Shown: positions 9,762 to 20,054, counted from the stretch's first letter. The stretch is DNA of 64,000 nt from Candidatus Micrarchaeota archaeon (GCA_021850705.1 JAJZKU010000003.1:1987-65986); one strand, 5' to 3'. Translations and numbers: made by a program. The notes: generated from the letters alone by a model not told the origin.

Positions 9762-10508
9762 GTGCTTGCTGACTCTTTTGAAACTTACAAGTCAAACATA
9801 AGGCTCGTCATTCTCTTCTCAATACCCTTCATAATCGCATTCCTAATTCCTTTAATAGCCGTACATGATGCATATGTAAGTGCCGGAGGGATCTTCCTCA
9901 GGACTGCAAACCTATTCCACAATCCAACCCCACTGGGATTGAGCATAATAGCGATTGCGGAGTTCTTCTCCCTCTTATTCATCAGCCTTGCATTCGTGCT
10001 GATAAGCCTTATAGTCAAATCGAAGAGGACCCATGTGCGCATAGGGCAGATGGCCTTCAAGGAGATAGAGAAGAACATAAGCAAAGTCTTCGTAGTATTG
10101 CTGATATACACATTCATACTACTGCTTGCAAACATAGCCGGATATTATCTTGGATATGAAGCTCTATTCACAATAGTGGTTGGGATTGTAGGCATAATAC
10201 CTATCTTTTATGTCCCAAGTGCTATAGTGGTAGATGGCAAGAGCATATCAAGGGCTGTCAAGGAGAGCCTAAAGCTGATAGCACGGGAGCCACAGTACTT
10301 CCTGATATGGATAGTAAGTGCAATAGTGGTAATATTCATAGTTGATTTTGCATCAATACTCGGATCAATAGCCATTCTCGGACCACTGACAGGAACTGTT
10401 GTATCAGAGTATCTTGTATTGATCTTAAACTCATTATTCATACTGCCATACTTCATAATCTTCATAGCCGAGGCATACATGAAGAAGTTCAAGCTCCTCA
10501 AGCACTGA
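9762..10508 (+). CDS. Polytopic membrane protein (about 6 TM)
   Basis: Hydrophobic throughout; motif YVPSAIVVDGKSISRAVKES typical of generic 6-TM membrane domains; TTTATAAATA box at 9711-9720. Confidence 0.75.
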   Translation: MLADSFETYKSNIRLVILFSIPFIIAFLIPLIAVHDAYVSAGGIFLRTANLFHNPTPLGLSIIAIAEFFSLLFISLAFVLISLIVKSKRTHVRIGQMAFKEIEKNISKVFVVLLIYTFILLLANIAGYYLGYEALFTIVVGIVGIIPIFYVPSAIVVDGKSISRAVKESLKLIAREPQYFLIWIVSAIVVIFIVDFASILGSIAILGPLTGTVVSEYLVLILNSLFILPYFIIFIAEAYMKKFKLLKH

Positions 10509-10545
10509 ATAATCCATTTATAAATTATACAGGAGCAACTATATC

Positions 10546-11838
10546 ATGCGACTGCAAGCTCTTGTATTATTAACGGCATTTGCAATACTCACAGGGCTTC
10601 TCCACGCATCGCTCTTTATCACTCCTCCTGGATATTATACGCTGGTATCAAACTCTCCAAAACCATGCACGCCTGTACTAACTACAGGGGGTTCAATCCC
10701 AAGCGCTGAGAGCGGAGGGGCAATCCTGACCTCTCTTCCTGCAAACTCTTACGTGATCGGATTTGTAATGCTTGCACTTGTCCTGTCGATAATGGTCGTA
10801 GCTATTGTCTACATGATAGGAAAACTCTTTCCAAGCACGGGACTTCTAGGCTGGGTAAATCAGGAGTACTGGGAGATTGCAAAATCAGGCATCATAGTGG
10901 TCATAATATTCGCATTGCTTCTATTCATTAGCAATATCGGAGTAGCACTGACAAACACTCCTGTCACAGCTTACAGTAAAACAGACACTTACCTAAACAA
11001 CATGAACGGACTGGTCTATTCATCCGAAACATATCTGCTTACGGCTGACTCATATGTAGCTGCGGGCTGGTGCACTCTTGGCAGCGTAAATTTCGGAGTT
11101 GCTCTTCTGAATTCCTTAAAAATAGAGTACTATGTTCCAATACCTATACCTATAATATTCGCTGGCTTTAAGTTCGGCACAGAGTTCTCAATTCTATCTA
11201 CTCCCACACTTCTGGCTGGCAATGATAATACTATAAGCCAATTTAATTCAATGACGGTAGATCTTATCACAGGGTTGTACTATCCTGTCTCAATGATAAT
11301 ACTCATGTTAATAGAAGCACTACCAATACTCGTGTGGATAGGTCTCGGTTTCCTCATACCTATTGGGCTTGTATTTAGGGCACTGCCTATTCTAAGAGGA
11401 ATAGGAGGTACGCTTATAGCAACAGGCATCGCGATGGCAGTTCTATTGCCCATGGTATTAGTTGTATTCAATTATCCTGTAACACAGGTCTTCCAAGGCA
11501 TACTGCCTATACAGACTACAACACCTTCATCAACATGCAATTTCCACAGCACTGTGCTAAGCTATGCATGTAAGGCATTCATGTTTGTAATAAACAGCGA
11601 GAGCGCTGTAGTAACAAATGGGGTCAGGATAGAATATTCGCTTGGATGGGGCTTTTCTGCATTCAATGGCCTGTACACGATACTCAACGTGCTTACTCCG
11701 TACTCTGTATTCATGATGCTCCAGTTAATCTTATTCATCCTGGATATAATAATAATCAATGCAATAGCAGACAATATAGCAAAGGCGCTTGGAGGAGGAA
11801 TAAAATTAAACCTTGGCGGTAAGTTAAAACTCATATAG
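10546..11838 (+). CDS. VirB6/CedA-like polytopic membrane protein, paralogue 1
   Basis: Signal peptide, TM hairpin YMIGKLFP..GWVNQEYWE, conserved GLVFRALPILRGIGGTLIA..P motif, C-terminal IAKALGG. Confidence 0.7.
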   Translation: MRLQALVLLTAFAILTGLLHASLFITPPGYYTLVSNSPKPCTPVLTTGGSIPSAESGGAILTSLPANSYVIGFVMLALVLSIMVVAIVYMIGKLFPSTGLLGWVNQEYWEIAKSGIIVVIIFALLLFISNIGVALTNTPVTAYSKTDTYLNNMNGLVYSSETYLLTADSYVAAGWCTLGSVNFGVALLNSLKIEYYVPIPIPIIFAGFKFGTEFSILSTPTLLAGNDNTISQFNSMTVDLITGLYYPVSMIILMLIEALPILVWIGLGFLIPIGLVFRALPILRGIGGTLIATGIAMAVLLPMVLVVFNYPVTQVFQGILPIQTTTPSSTCNFHSTVLSYACKAFMFVINSESAVVTNGVRIEYSLGWGFSAFNGLYTILNVLTPYSVFMMLQLILFILDIIIINAIADNIAKALGGGIKLNLGGKLKLI

Positions 11839-11845
11839 GGATATT

Positions 11846-13006
11846 ATGTTTTTCTTGTTTGCAACTAGTACTTCATATGTCGGGTGCAGCTTCGGCGGCG
11901 TAGATGCAAATAACTGGGTGCAGATAAACGCATTGCTGCTTGTCATCGCAATATCGCTTGGCGGCGTATTCTATGCTTTTAGCAACATCCTTCCGCCTTC
12001 CCAGAGCGAGAAGATGAAGGGCATGGTAAAAGCCGAGATCTTCCAAGGTATAATAGGTATAGTTATAGTAAGTATACTGCTAACATCTGCAGTAGCATGG
12101 TGCAACATCGGTTCTTCTCTAACAGGCTCTGCTGGTTTAGGCACAAGCAATCCTATGTCATTCTCAGAATCCTATCTGCAGAACCTTCTGTTCACCAAAG
12201 GCTTTTCCCTATTCGGATCTCTTTATTCAGAGTCTGCCCTTTTAATGATTGACGGCATTCTTGTATCACATATAGCAACTTTTCTGCAGCGCATAGAAGA
12301 AAGCTTCCTACCAGTTCAATTAACACTGTCACAAGGTATTGCAAATACTCTTGAGACATACTCACTTTCTTTTGGCGGAACCTTCTTTACCATATTTTCA
12401 ATAGTGTCTGGTATAGTCTTTGTAATATATCTTACACTGCCAGTGGTATCTTCGATTGCACTTACCGTTGTAGTGCCAACTGCGATAGCTATGCGCATGA
12501 TTCCTTTCTTCGGACCTAAAGTACGTGAGGTATCAGATGCTTTCCTGTCAATAGCGATAGCAGCATACTTCATCTTTCCTTTGATGATAGTGATGAACAG
12601 CCTTCTTGTGTCCTATCTATATACACCTTGTGGTACTTCCTTATCTGCCTGTAATCCTTACTCCAGTTACTTGGGCAGCTATTCTCTGCAAAGCTTGCCT
12701 GTGAATTCATTCTTCAATACCCCTGCAACATCCTTAGGTGGCGGATTTTCCCTGCCAGAAAACTTCTTTGCAGGAATAATAAGTGGTAACGGCGGCATTC
12801 TGGGTACTTTAGAGGCACTGTTTAATAACATCGCATTTTTCCCCCAGGTGCTTGCGAGCTTCTCCCAGAATGTAGCTCTATTTATATTCCAAGGAGTATT
12901 TCTTATAGGGCTCGACATATTGGTTACAGTTGCATTTGCGCAGGCGCTTACCCGTGGACTAAATTCGGTATCTACATATGTTTCTGGTGGAGGTTTCTGG
13001 GGTTGA
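11846..13006 (+). CDS. VirB6/CedA-like polytopic membrane protein, paralogue 2
   Basis: FYAFSNILP..KAEIFQ hairpin; AMRMIPFFGPKVREVSDAFLSIAIAAYFIFP. Confidence 0.7.
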   Translation: MFFLFATSTSYVGCSFGGVDANNWVQINALLLVIAISLGGVFYAFSNILPPSQSEKMKGMVKAEIFQGIIGIVIVSILLTSAVAWCNIGSSLTGSAGLGTSNPMSFSESYLQNLLFTKGFSLFGSLYSESALLMIDGILVSHIATFLQRIEESFLPVQLTLSQGIANTLETYSLSFGGTFFTIFSIVSGIVFVIYLTLPVVSSIALTVVVPTAIAMRMIPFFGPKVREVSDAFLSIAIAAYFIFPLMIVMNSLLVSYLYTPCGTSLSACNPYSSYLGSYSLQSLPVNSFFNTPATSLGGGFSLPENFFAGIISGNGGILGTLEALFNNIAFFPQVLASFSQNVALFIFQGVFLIGLDILVTVAFAQALTRGLNSVSTYVSGGGFWG

Positions 13007-13012
13007 TATTTT

Positions 13013-14626
13013 ATGAAACTATACGCAATACTCTTATTATTCCTCTTGGCCACAGTTATCCCATATGCCATAGTGCAGGCATCAACTACAAACTTAATAA
13101 CTCCTTCAACAAATCTTAACGTATGGCTGCCAGTGATTGTAGCAGGTCTTGTGCTAAGTTTTGCGATGATAGGCATATACTACATGGTAGGATACCTGTT
13201 CAATAACAAGACAATAAGGGCCGGGGCAACCGTAGAATTCGGCAAGTTAATAGGCATAGCCATAGTCATAATGCTAATAATCTGGATATTCTATGTATTT
13301 GGTTCTACGATTCAGTTTACCTCCCATACTGGTCAGGCTCAGATAACCACCGTCTGCAATCAGCTGTCTAATTCAGAGATAAATTTCCTTAGCACGAATA
13401 ATCTGATAAGCCCCATGCCTCCAGGAGCAACAATATGCAATGACGTAATAGATCCATCTTCAACTACAAACGCTCTTACAAGAAACATAGATTACGGGCT
13501 AGGATCAGTTTATGTGATTGAAGATAATCTGACAAATCAATCTGTTACCTCTCTAAACGCAGTATATATGTTCTCTTCGATGCTGGCTTTTCTAAAGGAC
13601 TACAAGATAAAAGATACAGTGTGCTTCCCTGTAGAGTGTCTGATACCTGATGCGCCAAGCCTGTTCGGCCTAAACATACAATCGTCACCTTTTTCAGGAT
13701 ACCAGATAGCTAACACTGTGCCAGGAGCACTTGGGATAGAAGCCAACATAATATTCTACTTCCTACTCTTCCAGCTTGTGTTGATAATGCTTATGCTGCT
13801 TTTATGGCCGTATCTTCTTGCGGCAGGGCTGATATTCGAGACTAACATGTTCACAAGAAGGATAGGCGGATTTCTGATAGCTATGGTCATATCAAGCATG
13901 CTAGTCTACCCAACCATATTTCTATTCGAGTATACCTCCCTTAATAACATAGGGAATCTTCAGCCGTATGGCGCCTCATCTATACCTAACCTTGCACTAT
14001 GCGGTGCGCCTCTCGGTTCAACAGTATACCTCACACCTCAACTTACTGGCAATGTGAATACAGGAGTATTCTGTTATACAGAGGCAAAACAACTGCCACT
14101 TAGCTATATATACAAAGCCACTCTTCCAGACCAGTACACGAACATGGTGCCAAAAATATACTCTAAATATCCTCCAAACACGATGGTGCCTGCATGTCCA
14201 ACGAAGAACGCAGAAGGGCTATGCTTTTTCCAGAAAAATCTCAATTTCTATGTATTTCCAAATATGGAAGACATTCTAAATCTCTATTTCACATGGCCTG
14301 CTGGAGGCAATCTGTTAAGCTTCGAAGCAATATTCATAGTTCCAGGAGTGAGCACCCTGGCAAACGTTGCAAATGCAATTGCTTCGTTTACCAGTCTTCT
14401 ATCAGGTAATTTCATAGGATCGTTCCCATCATTTTCATATTACTATGTTAATCCGACACACACTGTAGCTGCGATACTTGCTCTTATCAACGTATATGCC
14501 ATAGAGGCTGTTACAGGTTTTATATTGCCAATATTCAACACACTTATACTGATATCATCCATATTAGAGATATCAAAACTTCTGGGAGGAGAAGGAAACA
14601 TACTTGGACTTGGTAAATTCATATAG
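13013..14626 (+). CDS. VirB6/CedA-like polytopic membrane protein, paralogue 3 (large Cys-containing external loop)
   Basis: YMVGYLFNN..TVEFGK hairpin; FTRRIGGFLIA..YP; C-terminal ISKLLGG. Confidence 0.7.
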   Translation: MKLYAILLLFLLATVIPYAIVQASTTNLITPSTNLNVWLPVIVAGLVLSFAMIGIYYMVGYLFNNKTIRAGATVEFGKLIGIAIVIMLIIWIFYVFGSTIQFTSHTGQAQITTVCNQLSNSEINFLSTNNLISPMPPGATICNDVIDPSSTTNALTRNIDYGLGSVYVIEDNLTNQSVTSLNAVYMFSSMLAFLKDYKIKDTVCFPVECLIPDAPSLFGLNIQSSPFSGYQIANTVPGALGIEANIIFYFLLFQLVLIMLMLLLWPYLLAAGLIFETNMFTRRIGGFLIAMVISSMLVYPTIFLFEYTSLNNIGNLQPYGASSIPNLALCGAPLGSTVYLTPQLTGNVNTGVFCYTEAKQLPLSYIYKATLPDQYTNMVPKIYSKYPPNTMVPACPTKNAEGLCFFQKNLNFYVFPNMEDILNLYFTWPAGGNLLSFEAIFIVPGVSTLANVANAIASFTSLLSGNFIGSFPSFSYYYVNPTHTVAAILALINVYAIEAVTGFILPIFNTLILISSILEISKLLGGEGNILGLGKFI

Positions 14627-14633
14627 TGTTTTT

Positions 14634-15794
14634 ATGAGAAGATTTGTAGTGCTGTCTGCGGTTCTTGCAGTTTTGCTAGTTGGAATTCTGCATGCTTCAA
14701 TATTTCAACTACCAAGCGGACAGAGTGTCTTTAGCTGTACTGCATTGTTTACAAACAGTGTCAATGGAAAACCTCTTGTAAGCCCTGCGATAGCAACTTA
14801 TTCCTCCTACACAGGGCTAATATCCGTTGCACTTCTGGTCGTAATGGCTATGTTCATGGTAATGGCAGTAATATACGCACTTGGGATAGCCTTCAGATGG
14901 GATATGCTGATGAATTTTGCTAAGAGAGAATATCTAGAAGGATTTGTAACGATATTAATCATACTATTCATAGCTGCAGGAATTGCGGCTTTCAGCGGAG
15001 CTGAGAGTTCTATAGGCAGCATATTTTCTACAACCAGCGGAACAACTGTTCCAGGGACATTCCAGACTTTGTATACCTCTTTATGCAACAACATATTCAG
15101 TAAGATGGTGGTACCAGGATTCCTAATGGTATTATGGACCGACGTGAACAAGCTTATGATATCCTTAATATCAAACTTTAAGATAGAATTTGCTCCAGGA
15201 GGCATGGGGATAGTTGTTAATCCGTTTGCAGGGTTTTCTAGTCTAAACCAGCTTATATGGGTTGAGAGCGGTATTGCAACATTCATGGTCGTAGGCGGAG
15301 GTCTCATAATAATGCTCCTATTTGTAATATATTACCTCTTCCCTATATTCCTGTTCCTCGGAGTTGCACTCAGAGCCTTCCCATGGACAAGAGCAGCCGG
15401 AGGTGCATTTATAGCACTATTCATAGCATTTTATGTATTATTTCCTGCAATAATGTATCCTTTCACAGTTTCATACTCATCTACCAATAATCCGAGCAGC
15501 ATTTCAGCTGCTATATGCAAATCAGGAACTTCCACTTGCCCGTCTGGGATTGGTCTTGCTCTAGACTCTTTCACGCAATACTTGGGAGTAATAAATCTTG
15601 ATATAGGTTATTCTGAGTATACAAATTTATTGTATTTCTCTCAGCTATTCATATATATTGTATTAGATTTTATGGGTCTGGTAATAGCTCTACTAATATC
15701 TTATGATACTGTAACCATATTCGGAAAGCTTCTCGGATCAAATTCAGTAAGCGGTAGCGGTATAATGGGCAAGATATTGAAAGGAAGCAAATAA
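14634..15794 (+). CDS. VirB6/CedA-like polytopic membrane protein, paralogue 4
   Basis: YALGIAFR..AKREYLE; GVALRAFPWTRAAGGAFIA..FP; FGKLLGS; ATG at 14634 starts the signal peptide. Confidence 0.7.
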   Translation: MRRFVVLSAVLAVLLVGILHASIFQLPSGQSVFSCTALFTNSVNGKPLVSPAIATYSSYTGLISVALLVVMAMFMVMAVIYALGIAFRWDMLMNFAKREYLEGFVTILIILFIAAGIAAFSGAESSIGSIFSTTSGTTVPGTFQTLYTSLCNNIFSKMVVPGFLMVLWTDVNKLMISLISNFKIEFAPGGMGIVVNPFAGFSSLNQLIWVESGIATFMVVGGGLIIMLLFVIYYLFPIFLFLGVALRAFPWTRAAGGAFIALFIAFYVLFPAIMYPFTVSYSSTNNPSSISAAICKSGTSTCPSGIGLALDSFTQYLGVINLDIGYSEYTNLLYFSQLFIYIVLDFMGLVIALLISYDTVTIFGKLLGSNSVSGSGIMGKILKGSK

Positions 15795-15809
15795 TGAGGC
15801 AAGAATGAT

Positions 15810-16886
15810 ATGAATATACTTGGTAACTTTTCAGGATTCATCTTCTCACCAGCTTGCTCTATCACCAATATATTATCTTCTCCGTACACATTCTGGTTCC
15901 CGATAGTGGTCTTGGCTGCAACTGCCGTAATACTTATTGCAATATTGATAGGTATGCTTGCGCCTCTGCTGGGCAGAAACAATCTTGTACCTTGGGCAAG
16001 AATAAAGGCATACGAAGAAGTAGCCACTATCATAATTGCCATAATCTTCCTGGGTTTTTCATCAATAATATGTGCTTTCAATCCTGTCCCAGCATTAGGC
16101 TCTATAGGGTTGGTACCACAAAGCTGCTCAGGATCAGGAAGCGTTACTGTAAACAACATATGGGGACTTGCAGTATGTAATATGTATACCTTCAACCAGA
16201 ATTTTGTGCATATACTCACTGTAGGGTATTGGCTGAGTGCTCTAAGCACTTTCGGACCTAAAGTGGGCATAAATGCCACATTGGGTGGTATAGGGGCAGG
16301 TACAGAAGGTTCATTCACTACAGGTCCTAACAGCCTTTACTTATCTCCACTATTAATCATCCTGATTGGAGAAATGACAGTATCGATGCTCCAGGTAATA
16401 TTATTGTCATCTTCAGCGATTCTGTTCTCGTTCCTTATAGGAATAGGTTTGATAGCAAGAGCCTTCGGTACAACTAGAACATTCGGGAACGCAATGATTG
16501 CGTTAGGCATAGGCATAGGCTTGATATATCCATTGCTTGTAAGTGTTAGCTACGGCTTCATAAACACGACATTCAGTAACATAGTGAGTGCAGAAGGGAC
16601 TGCATTTACAAGTCTTATTGGTGACACTGCAATAACCTTTGCCAGTATAATATCATTACTACCTGTACTGTTTGCACCTACAACTGTGCTCTCATTCGGA
16701 GCCGGTGTAGTCGCACAGATATGGAATATCATAGGCCTATTCATACTTCTGGGATCGGTAGTAACATTAGGCCTTATATTCATACCAGCATTGAATTTCA
16801 TGATACTTGACGCCTTCGTAAGAGACTTCTCAAGTGCACTTGGACAGCAGGTATCATTTATGGAGATGTTAACTCAGGTAATCTAG
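15810..16886 (+). CDS. VirB6/CedA-like polytopic membrane protein, paralogue 5
   Basis: WARIKAYEE; GLIARAFGTTRTFGNAMIA..YP; FSSALGQ. Confidence 0.7.
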   Translation: MNILGNFSGFIFSPACSITNILSSPYTFWFPIVVLAATAVILIAILIGMLAPLLGRNNLVPWARIKAYEEVATIIIAIIFLGFSSIICAFNPVPALGSIGLVPQSCSGSGSVTVNNIWGLAVCNMYTFNQNFVHILTVGYWLSALSTFGPKVGINATLGGIGAGTEGSFTTGPNSLYLSPLLIILIGEMTVSMLQVILLSSSAILFSFLIGIGLIARAFGTTRTFGNAMIALGIGIGLIYPLLVSVSYGFINTTFSNIVSAEGTAFTSLIGDTAITFASIISLLPVLFAPTTVLSFGAGVVAQIWNIIGLFILLGSVVTLGLIFIPALNFMILDAFVRDFSSALGQQVSFMEMLTQVI

Positions 16887-17975
16887 ATGAAAAATGCAAG
16901 CATATATCTGGCAATAATCTTATCTGTAGTGTTAATAAGTATAGCAAGCGCGCAATCTACGACATCTTCGGTATGCAACTCCGGAAGTGTCATACAAACC
17001 TCTGCTCCTTGGTACTGCAGCCAGATAAACGTACAAGCACAGGCCGTATGGGTGCAATGGGCTCCTCTTGCAATGACGGTCGCAACGCTTGCATTTATGC
17101 TTGCCGTGCTGATATTCATGGCCGGTACCGCTACTAAGAACCAGAGGATAAGGAATTTCGGAGTAGGAGAGATGTATGAGGCAATAGCATCAATGCTGAT
17201 AGTTGCAGGCTTCCTGTTCATAACTGCAGTTCTTTTCGGGTTAATACCATCAATAGTTACAGGCCCAATAAATCCCTACAACACCTCTCTTAGCTACATA
17301 TCAACTACTATAAACACTACTAGCTCACTTGCCTCAAGGCTCTTCATAATAAGCGCTCTGGACAGGTATTATGCGAGCATAACTCCTCAGGTATGCTTCC
17401 TTAACAGCCTGATAACCGTATGCTCTCCAACAGCATTCAGGCCGTTCGGAGTGACAATACTTCTATTTTACTGGCCTGCATGGGCACTCACCCAATTCCT
17501 GCTCGACGCGTTGATATCCTTATACACACAATACTACTTCATACTGTTCTTCCTTTATGCAGGCATACCTGTATTCCTTATACCAGGAATCATACTTAGA
17601 GCATTCTTACCTACAAGAGGCGTAGGAGGAATGATGATAGCGATAGCGATAGGCTTCTTCTTGGTCATGCCTGTTCTATTCTCAGTCGCATACTACTTTA
17701 CAAACGTTGGCGCCATCAAGGCACTTTCCAATACCTATTCTACAATAACACAGTATGGCGCAGGTGCAGGCGCCCAGGCAAATGCAATCTCACCATACTC
17801 TCCATTAGTGCTGGCTGTTTCAAATGCAAATAGCGTAATGAATGGCTTCTGGCTCTCCATACTATTCTTCCCTGCACTCATACTTGCAATAACCTATACT
17901 GCAGTGACAAACATTGCAAATCTGATAGGAGGAACTGCTGCAGCGTCTAGCAAGAGATTTACTGCGTTGATATAA
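16887..17975 (+). CDS. VirB6/CedA-like polytopic membrane protein, paralogue 6
   Basis: FMAGTA..NFGVGEMYE; GIILRAFLPTRGVGGMMIA..MP; IANLIGG. Confidence 0.7.
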   Translation: MKNASIYLAIILSVVLISIASAQSTTSSVCNSGSVIQTSAPWYCSQINVQAQAVWVQWAPLAMTVATLAFMLAVLIFMAGTATKNQRIRNFGVGEMYEAIASMLIVAGFLFITAVLFGLIPSIVTGPINPYNTSLSYISTTINTTSSLASRLFIISALDRYYASITPQVCFLNSLITVCSPTAFRPFGVTILLFYWPAWALTQFLLDALISLYTQYYFILFFLYAGIPVFLIPGIILRAFLPTRGVGGMMIAIAIGFFLVMPVLFSVAYYFTNVGAIKALSNTYSTITQYGAGAGAQANAISPYSPLVLAVSNANSVMNGFWLSILFFPALILAITYTAVTNIANLIGGTAAASSKRFTALI

Positions 17976-17999
17976 ACCACTAAATTTCAATTTTGTAAC

Positions 18000-18175
18000 C
18001 TCTGTATTACACTTTGTAGAAGCAGATGTTAATGCAAACAGCGTAATGAACATTTTCTATTCTATATCTTGTTTACACGCACACTTGCTTGTAATGTTCA
18101 TACTGCAACTACTGATTTTGCATACATTATAAAGAAAATACACAGATAGCAGAAAAGTTTAACAAATCTGATAAA
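18000..18175 (+). repeat. Degenerate copy of the 3' end of paralogue 6
   Basis: AATGCAAACAGCGTAATGAA (18031-18050) matches 17823-17842 at 19/20; weaker similarity continues (atactgca, caaatctgata). Confidence 0.6.
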
Positions 18176-18209
18176 AATACAAATAAAGTATGTATCTTAC
18201 TAAATTAAT

Positions 18210-19487
18210 TCAATCCTTCATTCTTCTCAGCTCATTCTTAATCTCTTGCAAAGTTTGCGGATAATCGATCCCAACTAATAAACGTTCTTCCAAAGTGTTC
18301 TGTAACAAATGCTCTGCATATTCATTGTTAATCTGATTAACTATCAAATAAATTTCTTTATAAACCCTTGACATACGTAACTGATAAACTAACTCTTCCT
18401 TACACAACTCAGCTTCATCACGGCTTATATCATGCTGATTTATTATCTCCTCATAAAATTCTTCAGATTCTCGTTTCCATCTTTTTAAGTGCCTACCCCA
18501 CACTCCCAAAGGGAGTTTCACCAAAACGGGCATCATAGCCTCACTTACTTCTTGCCATGCTGCCTGATATTTTTTATCGCTTCCGCTATTGACATACTTC
18601 TTAATCTTTTTTAATTTTTTGTTTGCACTAAAATATACTTTATCTAAAATAGGTCTTGTTTCTAAACGTACCTCTTCAGGTCTGTTCTCCAAAAAACTAA
18701 GCATATCAAATGTACCATCATTAATGTGAAGTATCTCATTATCTCTATCGGAAGAAGCTAAAGTCTCTGCTCTGGGCTTAACATATTCTTCAATCAGTCT
18801 TTGTTTCCTCTTTTTATACTCAAATTCCCTCTTTTTATACTCAAATTCCTCTACTGCACTTTTAATAATAGCTCCAACTCCATATAACAAGATTATTCCG
18901 ACAGCAACGCTTGCAAGTATTGCGATACTATCTCCAGTCTTTTGTATATCTTCACTTAAACTATTTACAGTTTTTTTATTAGAATAAACAGCTTCTGAAG
19001 CAGTAGCTGTTTCTTCACTGTATTTAAGATATGTTTGATTAGCGATTCTAACGAATTCTTTATCTGCTAATATTTGTTGCTTTTCTTCTTGAAGAAAGTA
19101 TGTATCTGGAAGACTAGAATATGTTGAAATAATTCCTCTCTCATCTTCCATATAACTTATTGCAGTCCCTATCTCTGCGCTAAGCAAATTCATACTCTTA
19201 GTACGGCTTCTTACAAAAGCATCTCTTAAAAGTGCTCTAGATTCTTTATAATCTCCTCTCTTGGCATTCCTTATTGCACTACTAAGAACGTACTTTTCTA
19301 TGATAGTTTCTTTACCATCGTACTGTATTATATTATCCAATGTATTTGCAACATACGCATTTATTGTATCTGTATTGTTTTGTAAGTGCGTATTAGTGGC
19401 AATAGCCGACCCTACTGCCAAGGTTCCTGCAATCGTTGTTGCAATATACTTCCTTAACTTTTCACTCATATTTGTCAAAGCAATCAT
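18210..19487 (-). CDS. Hypothetical 2-TM protein, AT-rich cassette paralogue A
   Basis: N-terminal TM, shared helical domain, second TM (IAILASVAVGIILLYGVGAII), charged cytoplasmic tail. Confidence 0.75.
   Translation of the reverse strand: MIALTNMSEKLRKYIATTIAGTLAVGSAIATNTHLQNNTDTINAYVANTLDNIIQYDGKETIIEKYVLSSAIRNAKRGDYKESRALLRDAFVRSRTKSMNLLSAEIGTAISYMEDERGIISTYSSLPDTYFLQEEKQQILADKEFVRIANQTYLKYSEETATASEAVYSNKKTVNSLSEDIQKTGDSIAILASVAVGIILLYGVGAIIKSAVEEFEYKKREFEYKKRKQRLIEEYVKPRAETLASSDRDNEILHINDGTFDMLSFLENRPEEVRLETRPILDKVYFSANKKLKKIKKYVNSGSDKKYQAAWQEVSEAMMPVLVKLPLGVWGRHLKRWKRESEEFYEEIINQHDISRDEAELCKEELVYQLRMSRVYKEIYLIVNQINNEYAEHLLQNTLEERLLVGIDYPQTLQEIKNELRRMKD
18807..18848. repeat. Perfect 21-bp tandem duplication (EFEYKKR x2)
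   Basis: CCTCTTTTTATACTCAAATTC twice, in frame. Confidence 0.9.
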
Positions 19488-19537
19488 TACAATCTCTCAT
19501 ATTTAATTCTTTTCAAGGTCTTGCTGTATCCAATAAA

Positions 19538-20040
19538 TCACCTCATTTTAATGAATAAGTTGATGAGATTCACTTTCGTTACTATCTCCTTCTGTATATC
19601 ATCCCATTTCTTGGAAAAAACGTATTCTCCAAACAATCTTTCATATCAAGAGTAAACTCCTCTACTGCCCACCATTTTCCATAATAAGTTTTGTTCTTCC
19701 ATTCTTGTTGTTTTTGTCCCCTTTTTATAGGTATGTCAAAGTAACTCAATCGTATATGACTAGGAGATATGTCAAATTGTTCTCGCACTGCATTTTGCAG
19801 TACCCCTCTTCTAGAAGGTCTCGCATTTGCCTTAACAGGGATTATCGCTTTTATATCATTTAGTTCACAGTATTCGAAATCTCTCTAGGTATCATATCCT
19901 TTGTCACTGTGGACAGAATTTATGCTGTCTTTTATAGGCTCAATCAAAGCCTTAGGCTTCTTTGAATCCCAGAAGTCATTTTTGGACTTAAAAATCAGTA
20001 ACCTTTATAAAGAAAAAATCTTGATTAGAATTAGTCATCA
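19538..20040 (-). pseudogene. Decayed IS5-family DDE transposase fragment
   Basis: Manual translation gives SVHSDKGYDT*RDFEYCELNDIKAIIPVKANAR...WKNKTYYGKWWAVE, then after a frameshift VYS*YERLFGEYVFSKKWDDIQKEIVTKVNL; in-frame stop at 19885-19887. Confidence 0.8.
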
Positions 20041-20054
20041 TATCGACGGAATCT

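Noticed and set aside
19582-19788. 68-aa ORF as an independent gene
   Set aside because: It is an internal fragment of the decayed IS5 transposase
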